Assembly: GCA_030390025.1 (NCBI GenBank)
Contig: JASTWF010000359.1
Coordinates: forward strand, 186,001 to 250,000
Source of the DNA: Squalus acanthias
Taxonomy: Eukaryota
Direction: 5' to 3'
DNA: 64,000 nt
The notes under the pieces were generated by a model, which searched no databases, was not told the DNA's origin, and saw only the letters and a list, made by a program, of their open reading frames with translations. This document shows positions 51,101 through 64,000 of this stretch, one piece after another (position 1 is the first letter of the stretch; every line of letters starts with the position of its first letter). The position numbers and the translations under genes were made by a program.

Positions 51101-54100
51101 TTACTGTACCGTGTGATATAACTCCAGGACCGTTACTGTACCGTGTGATATAACTCCAGGACTGTTACTGTACCGTGTGATCATAACTCCAGGACTGTTA
51201 CTGTACCTTGTGATATAACTCCAGGGACTGTTACTGTACCGTGTGATATAACTCCAGGACTGTTACTGTACGTGTGATATAACACCAGGACTGTTACTGT
51301 ACCGTGTGATATAATTACAGGACGTTACTGTACCGTGTGATACAACTCAGTCCTGTTACTGGTACCGCTGTGATAAACTCCCAGGGACTGTATGTCATGT
51401 GATATAACTCCAGGACTGTTACTGTACCATTGTGATATAACTCCAGGACAGTTACTGTACCTTGTGCTATAACTCCAGGACTGTTACTGTACCTTGTGAT
51501 ATAACTCAGGACTGTTACTGTACCATGTGATCATACTGTAATTATTTGATATAACTCCAGACTTTACTACATGTGTATAACCGGACTGTTACTGTACTGT
51601 GATATAACTCCAGGACTGTTACTGTACCGTGTGATATAACTCCAGGACTGTTACTGTACCGTGTGATATAACTCCAGGACTGTTACTGTACCGTGTGATA
51701 TAACTCCAGGACTGTTACTGTACCGTGTGATATAACTCCAGGACTGTTACTGTACCGTGTGATATAACTCCAGGACTGTTACTGTACCGTGTGATATAAC
51801 TCCAGGACTGTTACTGTACCGTGTGATATAACTCCAGGACTGTTACTGTACCGTGTGATATAACTCCAGGACTGTTACTGTACCGTGTGATATAACTCCA
51901 GGACTGTTACTGTACCGTGTGATATAACTCCAGGACTGTTACTGTACCGTGTGATATAACTCCAGGACTGTTACTGTACCGTGTGATATAACTCCAGGAC
52001 TGTTACTGTACCGTGTGATATAACTCCAGGACTGTTACTGTACCGTGTGATATAACTCCAGGACAGTTACTGTACAGTGTGATATAACTCCAGGACTGTT
52101 ACTGTACCGTGTGATATAACTCCAGGGACTGTTACTGTACAGTGTGATATAACTCCAGGACTGTTACTGTACCTGTGTGATATAACTCCAGGACTGTTAC
52201 TGTACCGTGTGATATAACTCCAGGACTGTTACTGTACCGTGTGATATAACTCCTGGACTTTACTGTACCGTGTGATATAACTCCAGGACTGTTACTGTAC
52301 CGTGTGATATAACTCCGGGACTGTTACTGTACCGTGTGATATAACTCCAGGACTGTTACTGTACCGTGTGATATAACTCCAGGACTGTTACTGTACCGTG
52401 TGATATAACTCCAGGACTGTTACTGTACCGTGTGATATAACTCCAGGACCGTTACTGTACCGTGTGATATAACTCCAGGACCTGTTACTGTACCGTGTGA
52501 TATAACTCCAGGACTGTTACTGTACCGTGTGATATAACTCCAGGACTGTTACTGTACCATGTGATATAACTCCAGGACCGTTACTGTACCGTGTGATATA
52601 ACTCCAGGACTGTTACTGTACCTTGTGATATAACTCCAGGACTGTTACTGTACCGTGTGATATAACTCCAGGACCGTTACTGTACCGTGTGATATAACTC
52701 CAGGACTGTTACTGTACCGTGTGATATAACTCCAGGACCGTTACTGTACCGTGTGATATAACTCCAGGACTGTTACTGTACCGTGTGATATAACTCCAGG
52801 ACTGTTACTGTACCGTGTGATATAACTCCAGGACTGTTACTGTACCGTGTGATATAACTCCAGGACTGTTACTGTACCGTGTGATATAACTCCAGGACTG
52901 TTACTGTACCGTGTGATATAACTACAGGACCGTTACTGTACCGTGTGATATAACTCCAGGACCGTTACTGTACCGTGTGATATAACTCCAGGACTGTTAC
53001 TGTACCTTGTGATATAACTCCAGGACCGTTACTGTACCGTGTGATATAACTCCAGGACTGTTACTGTACCGTGTGATATAACTCCAGGACTGTTACTGTA
53101 CCGTGTGATATAACTCCAGGACGTTACTGTACGTGTGATATAACTCCAGGACTGTTACTGTACCGTGTGATATAACTCCAGGGACTGTTACTGTACCGTG
53201 TGATATAACTCCAGGACTGTTACTGTACCGTGTGATATAACTCCAGGACAGTACTGTACCTGTGATATAACTCCAGGACGTTACTGTACCGTGTGATATA
53301 ACTCCAGGACTGTTACTGTACTGTGTGATATAACTCCAGGACTGTTACTGTACCTGTGTGATATAACTCCAGGACTGTTACTGTACCGTGTGATATAACT
53401 CCAGGACTGTTACTGTACCGTGTGATATAACTCCGGGACTGTTACTGTACCGTGTGATATAACTCCAGGACTGTTACTGTACCGTGTGATACAACTCCGG
53501 GACTGCTACTGTAGCCGTGTGATATAACTCCAGGACTGTTACTGTACCGTGTGATATAACTCCGGGCTGTTACTGTACCTTGTGATATAACTCCAGGACT
53601 GTTACTGTACAGTGTGATATAACTCCAGGACCGTTACTGTACCGTGTGATATAACTCCAGGACTGTTACTGTACCGTGTGATATAACTCCAGGACTGTTA
53701 CTGTACCGTGTGATATAACTCCAGGACTGTTACTGTACCATGTGATATAACTCCAGGACCGTTACTGTACCGTGTGATATAACTCCAGGACTGTTACTGT
53801 ACCGTGTGATATAACTCCGGACTGTTACTGTACCGTGTGATATAACTCCAGGACCGTTACTGTACCGTGTGATATAACTCCAGGACTGTTACTGTACCGT
53901 GTGATATAACTCCAGGACTGTTACTGTACCGTGTGATATAACTCCAGGACTGTTACTGTACCGTGTGATATAACTCCAGGACTGTTACTGTACCTTGTGA
54001 TATAACTCCAGGACTGTTACTGTACCGTGTGATATAACTCCAGGACTGTTACTGTACCGTGTGATATAACTCCAGGACTGTTACTGTACCGTGTGATATA

Positions 54101-57100
54101 ACTCCAGGACTGTTACTGTACCGTGTGATATAACTCCAGGACCGTTACTGTACCGTGTGATATAACTCCAGGACTGTTACTGTACATTGTGATATAACTC
54201 CAGGACCGTTACTGTACCGTGTGATATAACTCCAGGACTGTTACTGTACCGTGTGATATAACTCCAGGACTGTTACTGTACCGTGTGATATAACTCCAGG
54301 ACTGTTACTGTACCATGTGATATAACTCCAGGACTGTTACTGTACCGTGTGATATAACTCCAGGACTGTTACTGTACCGTGTGATATAACTCCAGGACTG
54401 TTACTGTACCGTGTGATATAACTCCAGGACCGTTACTGTACCTGTGATATAACTCCAGGACTGTTACTGTACCGTGTGATATAACTCCGGACTGTTACTG
54501 TACCGTGTGATATAACTCCGGGACTGTTACTGTACCGTGTGATATAACTCCGGGACCTGTTACTGTACCGTGTGATATAACTCCAGGACTGTTACTGTAC
54601 CATGTGATATAACTCCAGGACTGTTACTGTACCGTGTGATATAACTCCAGGACCTGTTACTGTACCGTGTGATTAACTCCAGGACCGTTACTGTACCGTG
54701 TGATATAACTCCAGGACTGTTACTGTACCGTGTGATATAACTCAGGACTGTTACTGTACCGTGTGATATAACTCCAGGACTGTTACTGTACCGTGTGATA
54801 TAACTCCAGGACTGTTACTGTACCATGTGATATAACTCCAGGGACGTTACTGTACCTTGTGATATAACTCCAGGACCGTTACTGTAACTTGTGATATAAC
54901 TCCAGGACCGTTACTGTACCGTGTGATATAACTCCAGGACTGTTACTGTACCGTGTGATATAACTCCAGGACCGTTACTGTACCGTGTGATATAACTCCA
55001 GGACTGTTACTGTACCGTGTGATATAACTCCAGGACTGTTACTGTACCATGTGATATAACTCCAGGACCGTTACTGTACCTGTGATATAACTCCAGGACC
55101 GTTACTGTACCGTGTGATATAACTCCAGGACTGTTACTGTACCGTGTGATATAACTCCAGGACTGTTACTGTACCTTGTGATATAACTCCAGGACTGTTA
55201 CTGTACCGTGTGATATAACTCCAGGACTGTTACTGTACCGTGTGATATAACTCCAGGACTGTTACTGTACCGTGTGATATAACTCCAGGACTGTTACTGT
55301 ACCGTGTGATATAACTCCAGGACTGTTACTGTACCGTGTGATATAACTCCAGGACTGTTACTGTACCGTGTGATATAACTCCAGGACTGTTACTGTACCG
55401 TGTGATATAACTCCAGGACTGTTACTGTACCGTGTGATATAACTCCAGGACTGTTACTGTACCGTGTGATATAACTCCAGGACTGTTACTGTACCGTGTG
55501 ATATAACTCCAGGACTGTTACTGTACCGTGTGATATAACTCCAGGACTGTTACTGTACCTTGTGATATCACTCAGGACTGTTACTGTACCGTGTGATATA
55601 ACTCCGAGGACAGTTACTGTGCGTGTGATATAACTCCAGGACTGTTACTGTACCGTGTGATATAACTCCGGGACTGTTACTGTACCATGTGATATAACTC
55701 CTGGACTGTTACTGTACCTTGTGATATAACTCCAGGACGTTACTGTACCGTGTGATATAACTCTAGGACTGTTACTGTACCGTGTGTATATAACTCCAGG
55801 ACTGTTACTGTACCATGTGATATAACTCCGGGGACTGTTACTGGACCGTGTGAAATAACTCCAGGACTGTTACTGTACCATGTGATATAACTCCAGGACG
55901 TTCACTGTACCGTGTGATATAACTCAGTACTTTACTGTACCGTGTGAATATAACTCCAGGACTGTTACTGTACCGTGTGATATAACTCCAGGACTGTTAC
56001 TGTACCGTGTGATATAACTCCAGGACTGTTACTGTACCATGTGATATAACTCCAGGACTGTTACTGTACCATGTGATATAACTCCAGGACTTTACTGTAC
56101 CGTGTGATAAAACACCAGGACTGTTACTGTACGTGTGATATAACTCCAGGACTGTTACTGTACCGTGTGATATAACTCCGGGACTGTTACTGTACCGTGT
56201 GATATAACTCCGGACTGTTACTGTACCGTGTGATATAACTCCAGGACTGTTACTGTACCGTGTGATATAACTCCAGGACTGTTACTGTACCTTGTGATAT
56301 AACTCCAGGACTGTTACTGTACCATGTGATATAACTCCAGGACCGTTACTGTACCGTGTGATATAACTCCAGGACTGTTACTGTACCGTGTGATATAACT
56401 CAGGACGTTACTGTACCGTGTGATATAACTCCAGGACTTTACTGTAACATGGATATAACTCCTGGACCGTTACTGTACCGTGTGATATACTCAGGGACTG
56501 TTACTGTACCTTGTGATATAACTCCAGGACGTTACTGTACAGTGATAAAACTCCAGGACTGTTACTGTACCATGTGATATAAACTCCAGGACCGTTACTG
56601 TACCTTGTGATATAACTCCGGACTGTTACTGTACCGTGTGTGATATAACTCAGGACTGTTACTGTACCGTGTGATAAACTCAGGACCGTTACTGTACGTG
56701 TGATATAACTCCAGGACCGTTACTGTACCGTGTGATATAACTCCAGGACTGTTACTGTACCTTGTGATATAACTCCAGGGACTGTACTGTACCTTGTGAT
56801 ATAACTCCAGGACTGTTACTGTACCGTGTGATATAACTCCAGGACCGTTACTGTACCGATGTGATATAACTCCAGGACGTTACTGTACCGTGTGATATAA
56901 CTCCAGGACAGTTACTGTACATGTGATATAAACTCCGGGACTGTTACTGTACCTTGTGATATACTCAGGACTGTTACTGTACCGTGTGATATAACTCCAG
57001 GGACCTGTTACTGTACCGTGTCGATATAACTCCAGGACCGTTACTGTACCGTGTGATATAACTCCAGGACCGTTACTGTACCGTGTGATATAACTCCAGG

Positions 57101-60100
57101 ACCGTTACTGTACCGTGTGATATAACTCCGAGGACTGTTACTGTACCTTGTGATATAACTCCGGGACTGTTACTGTACCGTGTGATATAACTCCAGACCT
57201 GTTACTGTACCGTGTGATATAACTCCAGGACCGTTACTGTACCGTGTGATATAACTCCAGGACCGTTACTGTACCGTGTGATATAACTCCAGGACAGTTA
57301 CTGTACCGTGTGATATAACTCCAGGACCGTTACTGTACCGTGTGATATAACTCCAGCCCTGTTACTGTACCGTGTGATATTACTCCAGGACTGTTACTGG
57401 ACCGTGTGATATAACTCCAGGACTGTTACTGTACCGTGTGATATAACTCCAGGACCGTTACTGTACCGTGTGATATAACTCCAGGACCGTTACTGTACCG
57501 TGTGATATAACTCCAGGACTGTTACTGTACCGTGTGATAAACTCCAGGACCGTTACTGTACCGTGTGATATAACTCCAGGACTGTTACTGTACCGTGTGA
57601 TATAACTCCAGGACGGTTACTGTACCATGTGATATAACTACAGGACCGTTACTGTACCGTGTGATACAACTCCAGGACCATTACTGTACCATGTGATATA
57701 ACTCCAGGACTGTTACTGTACCATGTGATATAACTCCAGGACCGTTACTGTACCTTGTGTTATAACTCCAGGACTGTTACTGTACCATGTGATATAACTG
57801 CAGGACTTTACTGTACCGTGTGATATAACTCCAGGACTGATTACTGTACCGTGTGATATAACTCCGGGACTGTTACTGTACCGTGTGATATAACTCAGGA
57901 CGTTACTGTACCTTGTGATATAACTCCTGGACTGTTACTGTACCGTGTGATATAACTCCAGACTGTACTGTACCAGTGATATAACTCCAGGACTGATACT
58001 GTACCGTGTGATATAACTCCGGGACTGTACTGTACCGTGTGATATAACTCCAGGACTGTTACTGTACCGTGTGATATAACTCCAGGACTGTTACTGTACC
58101 GTGTGATGATAACTCCAGGACTGTTACTGTACCGTGTGATATAACTCCAGGGACTGTTACTGTACTGTGTGATATAACTCCAGGACCGTTACTGTACCGT
58201 GTGATATAACTCCAGGACTGTTACTGTACCGTGTGATATAACTCCAGGACCGTTACTGTACCGTGTGATATAACTCCAGGACTGTTACTGTACCGTGTGA
58301 TATAACTCCAGGACTGTTACTGTACCGTGTGATATAACTCCAGGACCGTTTACTGTACCGTGTGATATAACTCCAGGACAGTTACTGTACCTTGTGATAA
58401 AACTCCAGGACTGATTACTGTACCGTGTGATATAACTCGAGGACTGTTACTGTACCGTGTGATATAACTCCAGGGACTGTTACTGTACCGTGTGATATAA
58501 CTCCAGGGACCTGTTACTGTACCGTGTGATATAACTCCAGGACTGTTACTGTACATGTGATATAAACTCAGGACTGTTACTGTACCGTGTGATATAACTC
58601 CAGGACGTTACTGTACCTTGTGATATAACTCCAGGACTGTTACTGTACCGTGTGATATAACTCCGGACAGTTACTGTACCGTGTGATATAACTCCAGGAC
58701 TGTTACTGTACAGTGTGATATAACTCCAGGACTGTTACTGTACCGTGTGATATAACTCCAGGACTGTTACTGTACCGTGTGATTTAACTCCAGGACTTTA
58801 CTGTACCGTGAAATATAACCTCCGGACTGTTACTGTACCGTGTGATATAACTCCAGGACTGTTACTGTACCGTGTGATATAACTCCAGGACTGTTTATGT
58901 ACCGTGTGATATAACTCCAGGACTGTTACTGTACCGTGTGATATAACTCCGGGACTGTTACTGTACGTGTGATATAACTCCAGGACTGTTACTGTACCGT
59001 GTGATATAACTCCAGGACTGTTACTGGACCGTGTGATATAACTCCAGGACTGTTACTGTACCGTGTGATATAACTCCAGACTGGTTACTGTACTGTGTGA
59101 TATAACTCCAGGACTGTTACTGTACCGTGTGATATAACTCCAGGACTGTTACTGTACCATGTGATTATAACTCAGGACGTTACTGTACGTGTGATATAAC
59201 TCCAGACCTTTACTGAACCTTGGATATAACTCCAGGACTGTTACTGTACCGTGTGATATAACTCCAGGACTGTTACTGTAGCCGTGTGATATAACTCCAG
59301 GACTGTTACTGTACCGTGTGATATAACTCCAGGACTGTTACTGTACCGTGTGATATAACTCCAGGACTGTTACTGTACCGTGTGATATAACTCCAGGATC
59401 TGTTACTGTACCGTGTGATATAACTCCAGGACTGTTACTGTACCTGTGTGATATAACTCCAGGACCGTTACTGTACCGTGTGATATAACTCCAGGACTGT
59501 TACTGTACCATGTGATATAACTCCAGGACTGTTACTGTACCGTGTGATATAACTCCAGGACCGTTACTGTACCCGTGTGATATAACTCCAGGACTGTTAC
59601 TGTACCATGTGATATAACTCCAGGACTTTACTGTACCTTGTGATATAACTCCAGGACGTTACTGTACCATGTGATATAACTCCAGGACTGTTACTGTACC
59701 GTGTGATATAACTCCAGGGACTGTTACTGTACCGTGTGATATAACTCCAGGACTGTTACTGTACCGTGTGATATACCTCCAGGACTGTTACTGTACCGTG
59801 TGATATAACTCCAGGACCTGTTACTGTACCGTGTGATATAACTCCAGGACCGTTACTGTACCGTGTGATATAACTCCAGGACTGTTACTGTACCTTGTGA
59901 TATAACTCCAGGACTGTTACTGTACCTGTGATATAACTCCAGGTCTGTTACTGTACCGTGTGATATAACTCCGGGACTGTTACAGTACCTTGTGATATAA
60001 CTCCAGGACTGTTACTGTACCGTGTGATATAACTCCAGGACTGTTACTGTACCGTGTGATATAACTCCAGGACTGTTACTGTACCGTGTGATATAACTCC

Positions 60101-63100
60101 AGGACCGTTACTGTACCGTGTGATATAACTCCAGGACTGTTACTGTACCGTGTGATATAACTCCAGGACTGTTACTGTACCGTGTGATATAACTCCAGGA
60201 CTGTTACTGTACCGTGTGATATAACTCCAGGACTGTTACTGTACCGTGTGATATAACTCCAGGACTGTTACTGTACCGTGTGATATAACTCCAGGACTGT
60301 TACTGTACCGTGTGATATAACTCCAGGACTGTTACTGTACCGTGTGATATAACTCCAGGACTGTTACTGTACCGTGTGATATAACTCCAGGACTGTTACT
60401 GTACCGTGTGATATAACTCCAGGACTGTTACTGTACCGTGTGATATAACTCCAGGACCGTTACTGTACCGTGTGATATAACTCCAGGACTGTTACTGTAC
60501 CGTGTGATATAACTCCAGGACCGTTACTGTACCGTGTGATATAACTCCAGGACTGTTACTGTACCGTGTGATATAACTCCAGACCGTTACTGTACCTTGT
60601 GATATAACTCCAGGACTGTTACTGTACCGTGTGATATAACTCCAGGACCTGTTACTGTACCGTGTGATATAACTCCAGGACTGTTACTGTACCATGTGAT
60701 AACTCCAGGACTGTTACTGTAGCCGTGTGATATAACTCCAGGAACCGTACTGTACCTTGTGATATAACTCCAGACGTGTTACTGTACCGTGTGATATAAC
60801 TCCAGGACTGTTACTGTACCGTGTGATATAACTCCAGGACCGTTACTGTACCGTGTGATATAACTCCAGGACTGTTACTGTACCGTGTGATATAACTCCA
60901 GGACGTTACTGTACCGTGTGATATAACTCCAGGACTGTTACTGTACCGTGTGATATAACTCCAGGACTTTACTGTACGTGTGATATAACTCCAGGACGTT
61001 ACTGTACCGTGTGATTATAACTCAGGACTGTTACTGTACCGTGTGATATAACTCCAGGACGTTACTGTAGCCGTGTGATATAACTCCAGGACCGTTACTG
61101 TACCGTGTGATATAACTCCAGGACTGTTTACTGTACCGTGTGATATAACTCCAGGACGTTACTGTACCTTGTGATATAACTCCAGGACAGTTACTGTACC
61201 GTGTGATATAACTCAGGACCTTTACTGTACAGTGTGATATAACTCCAGGACCGTTACTGTACCGTGTGATATAACTCCAGGGACTGTTACTGTACCGTGT
61301 GATATAACTCCAGGACTGTTACTGTACCGTGTGATATAACTCCGAGACTGTTACTGTACCGTGTGATATAACTCCGGGACTGTTACTGTACGTGTGATAT
61401 AACTCCAGGACTGTTACTGTACGTGTGATATAACTCCAGGACTGTTACTGTACCGTGTGATATAACTCCGGACTGTTACTGTACCGTGTGATATAACTCC
61501 AGGACTGTTACTGTACCGAGTGATATAACTCCAGGACTGTTACTGTACCATGTGATATAACTCCAGGACTGTTACTGTACCATGTGATTATAACTCCAGG
61601 ACTATTACTGTACCGTGTGAAAAAACTCCAGGACTGTTACTGTATCGTGTGATATAACTCCAGGACAATTACTGTACCGTGTGATTATAACTCCGAGGAC
61701 TGTTACTGTTACCGTGTGATATAACTCCGGGACTGTTACTGAACCGTGTGATATAACTCCGGTACTGTTACTGTACCGTGTGATATAACTCGGGACTGTT
61801 ACTGTACCTGTGATATAACACCAGGACTGTTACTGTACCGTGTGATATAACTCCGGGACGTTACTGGTACCGGTGATATAACTCCGGACTGTTACTGTAC
61901 CGTGTGATATAACTCCAGGACCGTACTGTACCGTGTGATATAACTCCAGGACTGTTACCTGTATCCGTGTGACTATAACTCCTGACTGTTACTGTACCGT
62001 GTGATATAACTCCAGGAACCGTTACTGTACATGTGATATAACTCCGACTGTTACTGTACCTTGTGATATAACTCCAGGACCGATACTGTACCTTGTTGAT
62101 ATAACTCCAGGACCGTTACTGTACCGTGTGATATAACTCCCGGGACTGTTACTGTACCGTGTGATATAACTCCAGGACCGTTACTGTACCGTGTGATATA
62201 ACTCCAGGACTGTTACTGTACCATGTGATATAAACTCAGGACGGTTACTGTACCATGTGATATAACTCCAGGACGTTACTGTACCGTGTGATATAACTCC
62301 AGGACTCGTTACTGTACCTTGTGTTATAACTCCAGGACTGTTACTGTACCATGTGATATAACTGCAGGACTTTTACTGTAACCGTGTGATATAACTCCAG
62401 GACCGTTTACTGTACCTTGTGATATAACTCCAGGACTGTTACTGTACGTGTGAAATAACTCCATGGACTGTTACTGTACCGTGTGATATAACTCCAGGAC
62501 GTTACTGTACCGTGTGAATAACTCCAGGACTGTACTGTACCGTGTGATATAACTCCAGGACCGTTACTGTACCTTGTGATATAACTCCAGGACTGTTACT
62601 GTACCGTGTGATTTAACTCAGGACCGTTACTGTACCGTGTGATATACTCCAGGACCGTTACTGTACCATGTGATATAACCTCCGGGACTGTTACTGTACC
62701 ATGTGATATAACTCCAGGACCGTTACTGTAGCGTGTGATATAACTCCAGGACTGTTACTGTACCGTGTGATATAACTCCGGGACTTTACTGTACCTGTGA
62801 TATAACTCCAGGACTGTTACTGTACCTTGTGATATAACTCCAGGAATGTTACTGTACGTGTTATATAACTCCAGGACTGTTACTGTACAGTGTGATATAA
62901 CTCCAGGACTGTTACTGTACCGTGTGATATAACTCCAGGACTGTTACTGTACCGTGTGATATAACTCCAGGACTGTTACTGTACCGTGTGATATAACTCC
63001 AGGACTGTTACTGTACCGTTGTGATATAACTCCAGGACTGTTACTGTACCGTGTGATATAACTCCAGGACCGTTACTGTACCTGTGATATAACTCCAGGA

Positions 63101-64000
63101 CTGTTACTGTACCGTGTGATATAACTCCGGACTGTTACTGTACCGTGTGATATAACTCCAGGACTGTTACTGTACCTTGTGATATAACTCCAGGACTGTT
63201 ACTGTACCGTGTGATATACTCCAGGGCCTGTTACTGTACCGTGTGATATAACTCCAGGACTGGTTACTGTACCTTGTGATATAACTCCAGGACGTTACTG
63301 TACCGTGTGATATAACTCCAGGACTGTTACTGTACCGTGTGATATAACTCCAGGACGTTACTGTACCTTGTGATATAACTCCAGGACTGTTACTGTACCG
63401 TGTGATATAACTCCAGGACCGTTACTGTACCGTGTGATATAACTCCAGGACTGTTAGCTGTTCCGTGTGATATAACTCCAGGACTGTTACTGTAACGTGT
63501 GATATAACTCCAGGACTGTTACTGTATCTTGTGATATAACTCCAGGACTGTTACTGTACCGTGTGATATAACTCCAGGACCGTTACTGTAACGTGTGATA
63601 TAACTCCAGGACTGTTACTGTACCGTGTGATATAACTCCTGGACCGTTACTGTACCGTGTGATATAACTCCAGGGACGTTACTGTACCGTGTGATATAAC
63701 TCCAGGACTGTACTGTACCGTGTGATATAACTCCAGGACCGTTACTGTACCGTGTGATATAACTCCAGGACTGTTACTGTACCGTGTGATATAACTCAGG
63801 ACTGTTACTGTACCTTGTGATATAACTTCCAGGACTGTTACTGTTACCGTGTGATATAACTCCAGGAACTGTTACTGTACCGTGTGATATAACTCCAGGA
63901 CTGTTACTGTACCGTGTGATATAACTCCAGGACCGTTACTGTACCGTGATTATACACTCAGGACAGTTACTGTACCATGTGATATAACTCCGGACTGTTA
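39164..64000. repeat. 32-bp satellite array, segment 3, running off the window end
   Basis: Same monomer; increasingly indel-rich after ~49.7 kb. Confidence 0.99.

Noticed and set aside
58350..58556. 68-aa ORF in the satellite
   Set aside because: Translation of repeat DNA opened by indels in a noisy region.
16879..64000. CRISPR-like array (32-bp repeat next to RT genes)
   Set aside because: Monomers are head-to-tail with no unique spacers, there are no cas genes, and the RTs are CR1 LINEs.

Overview
Eukaryotic, repeat-only window with no supportable host gene. The repeat repertoire (CR1 LINEs with esterase ORF1, L2, Deu-domain tRNA SINEs, Harbinger-like TIR elements) looks like a cartilaginous-fish genome; this is inference from family resemblance. 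1-16.9 kb is a nested transposon cluster: an apparently intact CR1 (family A, minus strand) sits inside an L2, a SINE carries two further insertions, and a TIR element contains a 20-bp minisatellite. 16.9-64 kb is a 32-bp satellite array (GTGATATAACTCCAGGACTGTTACTGTACCGT) with ~3.2-3.45 kb higher-order blocks. It holds two near-identical copies of a second CR1 (family B) joined at the same monomer position. Top finding: both divergent CR1 families end ORF1 with the slippery heptamer U_UUA_AAC directly before the stop, with ORF2 open in the -1 frame through it. Family B has no in-frame ATG until the end of its endonuclease domain. This suggests ORF2 is made by programmed -1 ribosomal frameshifting as an ORF1-ORF2 fusion. 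Sequence after ~49.7 kb looks noisy or collapsed.
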